IMG/VR virus record: IMGVR_UViG_3300045988_115635
Coordinates: 1-64,000 of that record
Length of the DNA: 64,000 nucleotides
Reading direction: 5' to 3' (one strand)
DNA from: a virus
Of the stretch, positions 47,475 to 57,805 are shown one piece after another. A model generated the notes under the pieces. That model was not told the origin of the DNA, made no database searches, and saw only the letters and a list, made by a program, of their open reading frames with translations. The translations under genes and the position numbers were made by a program. Within the stretch, counting starts at the first letter, position 1. The number at the start of each line of letters is the position of its first letter.

Positions 47475-49352
47475 TTAGTAATAGCTATACATATAGTTAA
47501 TTGTCTTAGATGAATTACCCCCAACAGGTGATTTGTAATTGATAACGATTTGACCATTTGATAAATCGACCGTGCTAGGGAAAGTAATTGATATATCTCT
47601 ATCAATAGCAGTTGTAATACCCTGCTGCGCAACATCAGAACCAGGGAAATAACCATTTACGGTAACGCTGTTAATAAATACAGATGGTGCTACCGAACTG
47701 TCATAACTTGATTCACCTTCATAGAATACATAAGCGTCAATATCTACTGTTCGAGATTGCAAGCCGATAACATTTAACTGATCTTCAATTCTATTTCCAT
47801 CTGGTCCAACGTAATAAACATCAGAATACGATGGAATAGCCGTGAATTGAACTTCATCTTCTACGGTAGTAGAAGCAGAAATAACGCCTGTGTTGTTATC
47901 AGTTGTTTCTGTGCCCTTCCAATGGATAAGCAAAGATTTAACATCGCCTAAAGCTTCAAAGTCAGTTAACGACCATTCTGGCGTTTGCAAGTATGCACTC
48001 ATATAAGGGTCGTCTAGCTTCTTAATGTCACCTGTCGACAAACTAAAATGAGGGTTAAGTTTGATATAAGCAGATTCGAAAAATACCGATGCTCCAAATA
48101 CCTTGTTTGATGAATACATTTCCGCGCCGTCAGAACTACCCCCAACATCAGAATAGTAAAAGTAACCAGCATCAATAGCAGTTACAGCAGCAAGGCTACT
48201 TGTGATATTAAGTGTCGCTTGTTGCTGATTTACCTTAACGGTCAAAACACCATTACCAGTAGCTTTGTAATCTATTGAGCAGGTTTGACCAACAGTCATT
48301 TCAAATGCCGTTGTATTACTAATGGTCCATTCTGCGTCCATCGAGTTACCACTACGGGTATCATAGTTAATATCACCAATAGTAAAGGTAGCGTAAAACT
48401 CATTGGTATAACCTACATAATCGCTTGCGCCTAAGCGGTTAATTTTTAAATCTTCAATGTATGGGTCTAAACACATACCAGAACTATCAATAGCAGAAAC
48501 GGTATACGTTTTTGAAGAATCATAATTATCTAACTGATAAGAGGTAAGGCGTGTCTTAGCAATCATTACCCCATCTTCATAGATGTAATAAACGAATACG
48601 CCATTACCGCCTGTTGCTTCTGTCCAAGTAGCATAACCAACAATAGAAGCACTAAAGTCACTTTCGCCATCTTCTGTATTCCATGTCAGATCATCAGGTG
48701 TACCAATCTGAAAATCAGGTTTAGGGACAATAGCAAAAGCTTGTAACCATTCCTGGGGGTTGTTTGATAATACTCTAGCTTTAAGGGTATTAGTCTGCCT
48801 TGGTAGCGTCATTCTTGTATAGGTCTTATTTGGTAAGTCATACCACTGATACCACTTATTACCACCATCGGGGCTAAACTCCCAAAGAAGGTTTGAGTAT
48901 CTAAAGCGTGCATTATCGAACCACGCTTCGCCTTCCCCATCATCGGAATATAGATTAAACGATAAACCTACACTGTCTGTAGTGTCGTCATTCTTACCCC
49001 AGCTACGCCCCTTTTCAACCGATTCAGGGTACTTGTTATAGCTTTGCCTTACGTGGTATTCAGGACCAGTAGAACCCATCTCATCAAGTACCGCGAACAT
49101 ATTAGCCCAAGTGGTAGCTCTAGGGTCGGTTGTAGTAGCAGGTACAGATGTTCCTTTACCTGCTCGGTCGAAAAATCTTTTTATTTCGTTAACAGTAATG
49201 CTTTTGCCAATTCCGTTTTCGATTGAAGGGTCAAAGATATTGTAGGTATATTCTCCTAATTCCCTAGCACCATATCTAACCATTCTCACAGAACCCTGGG
49301 CGGATTTACCGCCTTCAAAACAATTACCGATTCTTAATGTTGGGTCTGGCAT
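47475..49352 (-). CDS. tail fibre / receptor-binding structural protein (625 aa)
   Basis: large beta-rich protein at the distal end of the tail block. Confidence 0.5.
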   Translation of the reverse strand: MPDPTLRIGNCFEGGKSAQGSVRMVRYGARELGEYTYNIFDPSIENGIGKSITVNEIKRFFDRAGKGTSVPATTTDPRATTWANMFAVLDEMGSTGPEYHVRQSYNKYPESVEKGRSWGKNDDTTDSVGLSFNLYSDDGEGEAWFDNARFRYSNLLWEFSPDGGNKWYQWYDLPNKTYTRMTLPRQTNTLKARVLSNNPQEWLQAFAIVPKPDFQIGTPDDLTWNTEDGESDFSASIVGYATWTEATGGNGVFVYYIYEDGVMIAKTRLTSYQLDNYDSSKTYTVSAIDSSGMCLDPYIEDLKINRLGASDYVGYTNEFYATFTIGDINYDTRSGNSMDAEWTISNTTAFEMTVGQTCSIDYKATGNGVLTVKVNQQQATLNITSSLAAVTAIDAGYFYYSDVGGSSDGAEMYSSNKVFGASVFFESAYIKLNPHFSLSTGDIKKLDDPYMSAYLQTPEWSLTDFEALGDVKSLLIHWKGTETTDNNTGVISASTTVEDEVQFTAIPSYSDVYYVGPDGNRIEDQLNVIGLQSRTVDIDAYVFYEGESSYDSSVAPSVFINSVTVNGYFPGSDVAQQGITTAIDRDISITFPSTVDLSNGQIVINYKSPVGGNSSKTINYMYSYY

Positions 49353-50798
49353 TTATAACGTCCTCCATTCACCACGAACGCGAACATAAACACCTTCGGT
49401 TTCGTGCCACTTACCATCTTTGTAAATATAGGTTAAGCCTTGATGCCACCTGTTTTCATTAGGAACATCATAACGCCAAATAATACCGCCGTAATACTCC
49501 ACACTACAGGTAGTATTTTCACCGTCAGAATTATAAATAAGTCTGTTTTTAGTATCGTAGGCTTTCAGAGTAAACACTTGAATAGTTCTAGGTCGCTGCC
49601 TGCCTAACGTAACCTCAACATACTTTTCTCCATTTACTCCACTGTCTATAGCATCGCTTGCATTCCATGACTTAACAAGTCCGTCTAAGTCTCCTACTAA
49701 TTCAAAGCGAGACAATGGATAAGAGCCATCGAACCAACCAGAATAGTAAAACTTAACTGTCTCACCCGCACAAAGAACTTCATTTCTTGTGCCACGCCTG
49801 CCAACGCAATAAAGTTCTTCAGGAGCAACAGACGGAATTTCAAAGTAATGGATAGAATTAGACCACGTTACAGCCTTTGAGAAAGCCTGTCCGTCCCAAG
49901 TTCTAACACCAAAGTATAATTTGTCGTCTGTTTGAATATCGAACGCCAGAGAGGGGTCTACGTCCGCCGTAAGGGTATCTATTCCGTTGACAGACTGCAA
50001 TAAAGTAGCGTATTGAGCAACATTATCACCTACGGTTGCTCCACTCGGTACACTGTCACCTCTGTATACGAATATGTCATACCTACTTGCGCCATTACAC
50101 CTGTCCCAAGAAACGGTAACTCTTTGGTCTGATGCACGAATAATTTCAATTTCTGTTGGTGATGCTGTTACCTGCGAAGGTGAAGCAGGTCTAGGGTATA
50201 CGCCAATCCAACCACCCGCTAATTCTTCAAGATTTCTATTATTTAAGAAACAACCATCATTAGGGCATGCTCTCCATGCATAAGTACCAATATGTTCATC
50301 AGCGTTCCAAGGTCTCCAATAACCTTGTGCGCCTTGCCAGTTGTTAATATCCTGTGCATTAGCGGCATAAATGCCACCGCCGCCTAAACCAGTAATAGGC
50401 GGTCTGGTAATGCAAGGAATTATATGTAATTGACCATCATCAGTACCTATTGATACTGTGCCATTAAAGACAGTAAACCAACCTTTCCAAGCAGAACCAT
50501 CATAGAGCGAATCTCCATACTGCCAGTAAAAATCACCGCCACCATAGTATGAACCACTCCACTGATGACCCCAAAACCTACGGGTGGTCTTAATGTCTGC
50601 ATACTGATATGTGCCGTTTACTTTGCACTCATGAGCAATCCTAAACGAAAAATAAGAAGAATAGTTTTTAAGTCTCAATCTAATCTGCAAAGTTACTTTT
50701 ACACTGCTTGCAGTACGATTAGACGAACTTAGAGAGTATTCATAAAAAGTCTTAGGACTGCCATTTGATTGCGTAGCACCTGATAAAGGTATTGTCAT
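49353..50798 (-). CDS. tail structural protein with FN3-like segment (481 aa)
   Basis: PASPSQVTASPTEIEIIRASDQRVTVSWD..YDIFVY FN3-like; Gly-rich loops. Confidence 0.5.
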   Translation of the reverse strand: MTIPLSGATQSNGSPKTFYEYSLSSSNRTASSVKVTLQIRLRLKNYSSYFSFRIAHECKVNGTYQYADIKTTRRFWGHQWSGSYYGGGDFYWQYGDSLYDGSAWKGWFTVFNGTVSIGTDDGQLHIIPCITRPPITGLGGGGIYAANAQDINNWQGAQGYWRPWNADEHIGTYAWRACPNDGCFLNNRNLEELAGGWIGVYPRPASPSQVTASPTEIEIIRASDQRVTVSWDRCNGASRYDIFVYRGDSVPSGATVGDNVAQYATLLQSVNGIDTLTADVDPSLAFDIQTDDKLYFGVRTWDGQAFSKAVTWSNSIHYFEIPSVAPEELYCVGRRGTRNEVLCAGETVKFYYSGWFDGSYPLSRFELVGDLDGLVKSWNASDAIDSGVNGEKYVEVTLGRQRPRTIQVFTLKAYDTKNRLIYNSDGENTTCSVEYYGGIIWRYDVPNENRWHQGLTYIYKDGKWHETEGVYVRVRGEWRTL

Positions 50799-50808
50799 AA
50801 AACATCAC

Positions 50809-51402
50809 CTAGTCGATGTACTTTACGTATAAGTCACCATCACGTAATTCAGATGGTAAAGATGCTAAATCAGGGTCAGCCGTACCATAGAAAATTCTGT
50901 ACATGTCTGTAATATCAGCCATCACATGAGTATGCACCTTAGCAGCAGCAGGTAGTGTCACGTCAGTTTTACCATCAATAAAAGTGTCCGCTGCGCCATC
51001 AATATGAATAGTAAAGCCTTTAAGAGAATCAGACGTTACAGCATGATCAGAATTTGGGACCCATTCGGGGGTAGGGTGGTAGTGTTGACTAGTAACGTAT
51101 CTAGTCATACCACCTTCTTTGTGATCATCTGCTCTTTGCTGCAAATAATCATCAACAAAAAATGTTGTATCGGTTGGTACAGTAGAAACAACAATATCAT
51201 CGCCATCTTTATCTACGCCTACTGTGATATTGGTATTTCCACCATTTGATACTAATTTAGCCTTTTCTATTTTATCGAAAATAGCACCTGATACAGAAAG
51301 CCTAAAATCGGCTACTTCTTGCGTGCTATCAGCTTCACCCTCCTGGGGGGTTGAAAACCCCCAGTCTCTATCCGCGCTAATTGTCTCTAAAACGTAAGCC
51401 AT
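50809..51402 (-). CDS. tail structural protein (197 aa)
   Basis: ORF within the tail block. Confidence 0.5.
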   Translation of the reverse strand: MAYVLETISADRDWGFSTPQEGEADSTQEVADFRLSVSGAIFDKIEKAKLVSNGGNTNITVGVDKDGDDIVVSTVPTDTTFFVDDYLQQRADDHKEGGMTRYVTSQHYHPTPEWVPNSDHAVTSDSLKGFTIHIDGAADTFIDGKTDVTLPAAAKVHTHVMADITDMYRIFYGTADPDLASLPSELRDGDLYVKYID

Positions 51403-51414
51403 TCTAGCTCTCCT

Positions 51415-54400
51415 TTAGTAAGTGCCATTGTTATAAGTTCTAGTGTTGTAAATGTTGTCTATATTCTCGCACTCTGTACCGTCAATCCATACCTCCATGT
51501 TTCGACCACGCTTATTTTCAGCGTCAATTTGCGTAGGAGTTTGATATATTGACCTTTCACCTTGTGCGCTCCACTGAATCAAAACAAAAGACTTTACACC
51601 TTCATTAAAATCAGCGTGAGTGATAAATGAATTCAAAAAGCCGTCTGGTTCTTGAATCACTACATATAATTGCTGCTCGTAGGTGTAAACGCTCAAACGC
51701 CTTGTTTCATCTTGATAGTCAAGAATATAGCGTTCTGAAGCCGTACCACGCTGCCCCTCTGGTACTTTGTCTAAGTCAGTATCAGGCGTGTATTCAAATG
51801 TAATAAAGCCTGCACCCGCATCAATTCTGAATGCTGTACTCATTTCTAACCATGCATCAGCATTAGCAATATGCGCACCCTTGCCCGTCTCATAAGTAAT
51901 AGAGCCTGACGGGTCGTGTTCTGTCATTTCGTAACAAGGCAACTCTACAGGCTTAAATACAGCGTGATAATCTCTCATTGGCTCACGTGATTCATTTGCA
52001 TAGCCAAAATAGAAGTAATAAGCACCAACAAAAGCATTGATGTCATAGTCATAATATCCATCAGCACTAGCACCTTCAGGAATATCATCTTGAATTCTGA
52101 ACCATACTTCCATATTGTCGGTAATGTCACAGTCAATTTCTTGACACTGTACGCCGTTGTAGTAAATACACCTAAAGTCTTTTAAGTCTTCACGAACCAT
52201 TGGCGTTGATTGATTTCGTAAAGTGTCAAAATCAATGTTAGGGACAAACACCGTGGTACCAGCAGGGACAAAACCATCAATAGGAATTCTCACACGGTAG
52301 TCATAAGCATTTGACCACCACATACCGCCTACTTGTGGTGTGAAGGTATTGCCGATTGTTACCCACTTGCCACCTTCAACTTCATATTTAGTATTAAATA
52401 CTTCTTCTTCTGAAAGGTCCAAACATTGTAAATACCAAGTTCTAGGCTCAACGCTGAAAACATCAACCTGAATAGATGCAATAGATTGTGAGCGTACTAA
52501 CTTGCTTTCAGATGATATGCCACTATCTCCACTAGAAAGATTTGCATGCAATACCGTACCAGAAACGCCAAATTCGGTAGATTCTACCTCCGAATTCATT
52601 GCGCCCCATTCCTGAATCATGTCTGACGGATAGTCAAACACTTCTCTAGGCTCGCGTTGATTTACAGCAAAGTCGAAAGTCTTAAAAGCAATAACACTAT
52701 TGAGGTTAATGAACTCTAATGAGTTCATTAATTCCATAGTTGGGACCATGCGCTCGTCATTGGTAAGTTCGAAACCTGTATTTTTCTCTACTACAGATTC
52801 ATCAGCCACAAATGCCACGAATTCGCTATCTGGTTCAATAATCGCACGAACACCTGAAATACCAAAAGAAATGTCTTTTATAGCTACAACATAGGCAAGA
52901 TCATTTGATCTCATATTTTGCTGTATCTTGTATTCGTGTTGACCCTCTTCGTAAAACCTCATATTTAACACTGTGCCACTTACTGGGGGTCTAGCACTAG
53001 AAGGTAACTGGTTTTCATAACGCATGCTATCGCCCAGAATAGAAGCAATAGCACCATTGTCAGTAAAACGCCAAGAATCAGGCGTTACCAAAATAGGCAA
53101 ATATAGCGGGTTATTTGTCTGTGAAATAGTATCAGCAATAGTTCTTTTTTGTTCTATTTGCTGATAGATATTAGAAGTGCCAATAGTGTCATATACGCCT
53201 AAATTATTTTCATAAATAGGCGTATCTTGTGTAGACAATAACTGTCTGTACAATTCCATTGAATACGTGCTTGCAGGCTGATTATCAAAGTAGTGTTTAA
53301 TTTCGTAAGGATAATCTCGCTCAAAAACACTAATATCATCGTCAATTACTGTATATGGAATTGAGCTTAATGTTGTGAATTCAAGTTTAATAAACTTTAC
53401 CTTACGCAAGGGCAAGGAATACTTAACACTTTGCAGCGTATAAACACTTGGATATGGTTTCCAACTTGCAGTTGCAGGGTCACTATCTTCAGTAGAATAA
53501 ACATTCATCTGACAGCCGCCCCATACAGCACTTATTGTCATATTGTTTACTCTTTGAGCGTTTCCGTCACCATCTCGCAAGTCAAAGATTAAGTATTCAA
53601 CGGATTCTTGAAGCGTGTTAGGCTGTGAACACCAAAAAGTAGAAGAATCTGCATCTAACAAGCATTCTTCATTACGCTCATAAAATTCAGTCTCTACTTT
53701 ATTACCGAACGGGTCCTCAAATGTTGCGTCTACATAATCCTCTTTTCTTTTGATGTCATAATGCAAAGCAAAATTGCTCATATCAATAGAATATGGAAAA
53801 TCTTGCTCTTTTAATGCACCGTCTGACAGTGTTTTGTAGTAAGGAACGTCCAAGCGGTTAAAAACAAGTCTAAAGCCATATGCTTGCGCCAAATTAAATT
53901 TAAAAGAAACGCTAAACATGTCACCCGTAGTGCTTGCGCCGCTCCAGGTTCTGCAAGTATAAGAAAGCTGTGTGCCATATTCATTTGTGATTCTTTCCCA
54001 GGTTTCCTCTGTGTCAGACAAAAGAACGTAAGGAATAATCTCAACAGGCTTCTTAGAAATGTCGAAAGTAAGCTTGTTTACAGGAATACCCTTATCAAGC
54101 CTTACTTCAAACCATTCTGTAGGCTTATCATCGGGGTATGCTTCATCGCTAGACCACATTCGCGAACTTCTAGCCTGCTCATTAAACTTTTCGTTTACTA
54201 GCGGGGTGTAGTCAATAGGATAGGACCAATCAGCCATACCGTCTGACCCAAAATAAGAAGCAGAATACAGTTTAGAAGAAACATCAGAAACAGCGTTTGC
54301 AGCCTTTTGTAAGTCGGTTCTATTATCCATGTCGAGATAATAGAAAGCACCTGAATGTCTTACGTCAAAATTTCCGATGTGTTCACTTGATGCCGAAACA

Positions 54401-55287
54401 TCATTAATCAAATACGTAAAGTCAAAAGCTTCTTCTTGATGATTTACCAAAGACTGCGTAGGTGCTTCACGTCTTTCATTTGGTGATACCCACAAATTAA
54501 GATCATCGTCTACGTCATATTCCCAGTCTGGTCTACCAGTTACATAACGCTTTACCTGCCAAAGGTTAGAAGATGATTCTACCCCTCTCGGTTCTACCGT
54601 TACATCTTCTTTGGTTTCAAGAATAAGCTTATCGAAAAATTCATCACGCTGTACGACAGTCATTATCGCGTCTTGCGGTCTGATATTTTTGGTTACTTTA
54701 TTGATGTTATAACGGTCTGCTTCAGTAACTTCAGCATCATCTACTACAACAATGTATTCGTTGTAATTTGCTTGTTCGTAGTAACCAGGCGTTAAAGCTG
54801 CCTGGTCCCCATCAGCCACATTTACGCCCTCGTAAAATTTCCAAGCTTCTAATACATTGCAAGGTTTAGCACACGCGCTTTCTGCTGCTAATTGGATACC
54901 GTAAGCGGTACCACCATACTGAAAAGCAAGCATGTATTTATAAATACGCGCCCTATACATTGAGTCTTTTGCTTCTACCTCATCCATCTGCTCACCCGTG
55001 AGCAAATTAGACTTAGGGTTATAAGAATAGCTTTCAGATTCTAAACGTCTAAAGCCAAAAGCGCGCCCGTATAATTCGTCTAAGTCCCCATAGTGAGTTT
55101 CTTCAAGGTTAGTTTGTAGACGTTTGAGCATGAGTTGGTTTCTAGCAGCACCAGCCCCAGCACCGCCACAGACAGCGTCCATGATTCTCACCATGTGACT
55201 TGATCTGTCTTTACTATATATTTCTTCTGGTAAGCCTGATAAATAGACTTCCCTGTTAGTTGGTCTTAGCTTGTTTACGCTACCCAT
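51415..55287 (-). CDS. large tail/baseplate protein (1290 aa), adsorption-associated-tail-protein-like
   Basis: size and position just downstream of the baseplate J-like gene. Confidence 0.5.
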   Translation of the reverse strand: MGSVNKLRPTNREVYLSGLPEEIYSKDRSSHMVRIMDAVCGGAGAGAARNQLMLKRLQTNLEETHYGDLDELYGRAFGFRRLESESYSYNPKSNLLTGEQMDEVEAKDSMYRARIYKYMLAFQYGGTAYGIQLAAESACAKPCNVLEAWKFYEGVNVADGDQAALTPGYYEQANYNEYIVVVDDAEVTEADRYNINKVTKNIRPQDAIMTVVQRDEFFDKLILETKEDVTVEPRGVESSSNLWQVKRYVTGRPDWEYDVDDDLNLWVSPNERREAPTQSLVNHQEEAFDFTYLINDVSASSEHIGNFDVRHSGAFYYLDMDNRTDLQKAANAVSDVSSKLYSASYFGSDGMADWSYPIDYTPLVNEKFNEQARSSRMWSSDEAYPDDKPTEWFEVRLDKGIPVNKLTFDISKKPVEIIPYVLLSDTEETWERITNEYGTQLSYTCRTWSGASTTGDMFSVSFKFNLAQAYGFRLVFNRLDVPYYKTLSDGALKEQDFPYSIDMSNFALHYDIKRKEDYVDATFEDPFGNKVETEFYERNEECLLDADSSTFWCSQPNTLQESVEYLIFDLRDGDGNAQRVNNMTISAVWGGCQMNVYSTEDSDPATASWKPYPSVYTLQSVKYSLPLRKVKFIKLEFTTLSSIPYTVIDDDISVFERDYPYEIKHYFDNQPASTYSMELYRQLLSTQDTPIYENNLGVYDTIGTSNIYQQIEQKRTIADTISQTNNPLYLPILVTPDSWRFTDNGAIASILGDSMRYENQLPSSARPPVSGTVLNMRFYEEGQHEYKIQQNMRSNDLAYVVAIKDISFGISGVRAIIEPDSEFVAFVADESVVEKNTGFELTNDERMVPTMELMNSLEFINLNSVIAFKTFDFAVNQREPREVFDYPSDMIQEWGAMNSEVESTEFGVSGTVLHANLSSGDSGISSESKLVRSQSIASIQVDVFSVEPRTWYLQCLDLSEEEVFNTKYEVEGGKWVTIGNTFTPQVGGMWWSNAYDYRVRIPIDGFVPAGTTVFVPNIDFDTLRNQSTPMVREDLKDFRCIYYNGVQCQEIDCDITDNMEVWFRIQDDIPEGASADGYYDYDINAFVGAYYFYFGYANESREPMRDYHAVFKPVELPCYEMTEHDPSGSITYETGKGAHIANADAWLEMSTAFRIDAGAGFITFEYTPDTDLDKVPEGQRGTASERYILDYQDETRRLSVYTYEQQLYVVIQEPDGFLNSFITHADFNEGVKSFVLIQWSAQGERSIYQTPTQIDAENKRGRNMEVWIDGTECENIDNIYNTRTYNNGTY

Positions 55288-55290
55288 CTA

Positions 55291-57282
55291 CTACCACCCT
55301 TGCTGTGTACGTCCGTAGAATTGTACGTATTGAACGTCAAAGCACTCATCGCTTCTTAATTTAAAGTCATTAGTAAATTGAGCCGTTTGAGTTTCACCAT
55401 CTCGTGCATACTCAACAATACCGAAAGCACCGAAAGAACCTGCTCCTTGTGCAATGCTACCAGCAGCATCAGATTCTTTAGATACTCTTACGTTATCAAC
55501 ACCTGCAACGTTAGCCGCTACAGTCTCAATGTCTGAAAATTGGATTGTATAGCCAAAAGGTAAGGCGTTCGCCCAAGTAATAATAGCTTCTTCTACTGCT
55601 TGCATAATAGAATCGCGTGTATAGACGCTAAACATTAAAGTAAGGTAAATGCCAAACCTTCTACGCTTTACCTCGTGTACCAATGTATTAGCGGTAACAA
55701 CAGATTGTTTGTCTACGAGTTCCTGAACTTCTTCTGGTACTGTGTTATAAACGAACGGGATATTCAAAGGCGTTTCGTTAGTCAAACTGATATTAGTACC
55801 ATCAGGCGTGAAGGTATTCTTTTCACCTGAATAGCTACCGATAAGTTCTACAGCGTCCATCGCTCGTGAACTTCCGTCTCGCTTTTCGTAGCCAGAATCA
55901 TAAAGCATCTTAAAATGTTTACCTTCTTGCAAAATAATATCAGCACCAACATTTATCATGCCGTTATAGCTTTCTAGTACGGGCTGATAAGAAAGCGGGA
56001 TATATAAGTTATTTTCAGTTGGCAAACTTCCATCATCATGCGTCCAATTGCTTTTGTTTGCAGCAGTAATACGCTTGTTAAAGTCAATAAACTGTAAGTC
56101 AGATACTGTCTGCCCTGATTGACCATCGACAAATACCTCTACGGTCTTAATACCTCCACGATTGATATTTGATAAATAGTCATATTCGATTGTAATAAAA
56201 TCACCGATGTTCGCTGCTTTATAGGTGTAAGTAACTAATACGGTTTGACCTACATAGTCAGTAGGAAAATCAGAATCAACGGATATTTTATTTCCTGATA
56301 CTGTGTAGCCATCGGTAATAGGAACAACGCCGTCATTAGAAGTAATGCTAGAAACGCTTAAAACGTTATTTTTAGACAATTCATAAGAATTACCTCTAGC
56401 AATAGGTCCGATTAATTCTGTCGTTGATACGTCATGAAAACTAATTGATGCGTTATCAGCATCAACGTTATATTCACCTCTCGTAAAGAGTTCGTCAGTA
56501 TCAGCGTTTCGAACCCAAAAGCGGTTTGTCGTGTCTAGCATTTCAGCAACTTCATCGGTGCTAAATGTAGCCGTGTAGTTAGATTGTACGTTTACAGTTT
56601 CAGACCAGGTGCTTTCTTGCCCTACTACTGACGCTCTACTATTTGCAGTGTGAGCCAAAGCCAAACCTAAATACTGGTCCTCTGTACCAAACTCACCTCT
56701 AAAGACCGTATTTACAAATCTTTGTCTTAGTTCTTCATCGGTTTCAACGTCTCTGCCGCCTGTCATTGGTAGAGAGTTAGTAACGGAAAAATAACCTTGA
56801 TAAGAAACGGTATAAGTGACAGTATTAGCCGCTACATTTGCAGCACTACCCGCCAAAGTTGCCACTACTGGTATTTCCACCTTAGTAACACCTTTAGCCA
56901 TTTCCTGATATGAGGTAGTTTGAAAATATACTGCGTCTTGTGTAGAAGTAGCAGGCTTATAAAATTGGCTGCCATATGCGATTGTCTGAATACTATCAGC
57001 GTTATCTCTCGTAATAGTGATAGTACCTGACGCGCTTTGTGCCTGCTGCCTTGCAAAACCAAACATGCCCACAAAAGAATCTAATTCTTCACCTGAATAT
57101 GCGTCAATCGAATACAAGGTATCAGTTGTGTTTTGGTCTGCTACAAGCGTTGCTAATTCTGACGCAAAAGCAGTAATCATTTTGCGAATAGGAGTACCAA
57201 GTTGCGTAGATAACTGCGGGTCTGTAATTGCAAGCTGATTTATGATTGATTGCTCAAATTGTGCCTGTGTCGTACTAGCCAT
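55291..57282 (-). CDS. baseplate J-like (gp6-like) protein (663 aa)
   Basis: follows the gp25/W-like gene; size and position. Confidence 0.45.
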   Translation of the reverse strand: MASTTQAQFEQSIINQLAITDPQLSTQLGTPIRKMITAFASELATLVADQNTTDTLYSIDAYSGEELDSFVGMFGFARQQAQSASGTITITRDNADSIQTIAYGSQFYKPATSTQDAVYFQTTSYQEMAKGVTKVEIPVVATLAGSAANVAANTVTYTVSYQGYFSVTNSLPMTGGRDVETDEELRQRFVNTVFRGEFGTEDQYLGLALAHTANSRASVVGQESTWSETVNVQSNYTATFSTDEVAEMLDTTNRFWVRNADTDELFTRGEYNVDADNASISFHDVSTTELIGPIARGNSYELSKNNVLSVSSITSNDGVVPITDGYTVSGNKISVDSDFPTDYVGQTVLVTYTYKAANIGDFITIEYDYLSNINRGGIKTVEVFVDGQSGQTVSDLQFIDFNKRITAANKSNWTHDDGSLPTENNLYIPLSYQPVLESYNGMINVGADIILQEGKHFKMLYDSGYEKRDGSSRAMDAVELIGSYSGEKNTFTPDGTNISLTNETPLNIPFVYNTVPEEVQELVDKQSVVTANTLVHEVKRRRFGIYLTLMFSVYTRDSIMQAVEEAIITWANALPFGYTIQFSDIETVAANVAGVDNVRVSKESDAAGSIAQGAGSFGAFGIVEYARDGETQTAQFTNDFKLRSDECFDVQYVQFYGRTQQGW

Positions 57283-57296
57283 GTATGATCTCCTAC

Positions 57297-57734
57297 TTAA
57301 ATAGTCTGTTCTACGGTTACTTCTGTATCAGCAGCCGTACTTAGACTAACAATAACTCTAACGTCTGTTTCGGTTTGACTTACGTTTATGCTTGAAATAG
57401 AAGTTACAATGTCGTAATCGGTCCAACATTGCAAAAATTCCTCATTGCTCATTGATTGCTTATCTTGTGCAATTCTTTCGTTTTGAGCAGCAATGTAGTT
57501 ATTTACAACTCGCGTAACTTCAGTACGTATAGCCATTAAGTTATCTTCAAAAGCAGGTGCGCCAATATAAGTCCAAAGATCAGCACCGAATTTAGGATAT
57601 ACGGGGTCGGTTCCTAATGGTTCTAATAGCCACAAAGCTAATTCTTGCTTTATTCGCTCTGTGCCTTCCACCATAACGATTTTCCCGTCTCCACCCACGG
57701 AAATATCACCATCTATAACACGCATGCATTTCAT
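57297..57734 (-). CDS. baseplate wedge protein, gp25/GPW-like
   Basis: IKQELALWLLEPLGTDPVYPKFGADLWTYIG matches the GPW_gp25 signature. Confidence 0.5.
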   Translation of the reverse strand: MKCMRVIDGDISVGGDGKIVMVEGTERIKQELALWLLEPLGTDPVYPKFGADLWTYIGAPAFEDNLMAIRTEVTRVVNNYIAAQNERIAQDKQSMSNEEFLQCWTDYDIVTSISSINVSQTETDVRVIVSLSTAADTEVTVEQTI

Positions 57735-57805
57735 GTATTGCCCTGCTTTCTTTCGTCTGGTTTTATTTTAGCAGCAGGGCAAATATAAAGACACTTAGAA
57801 CAAGG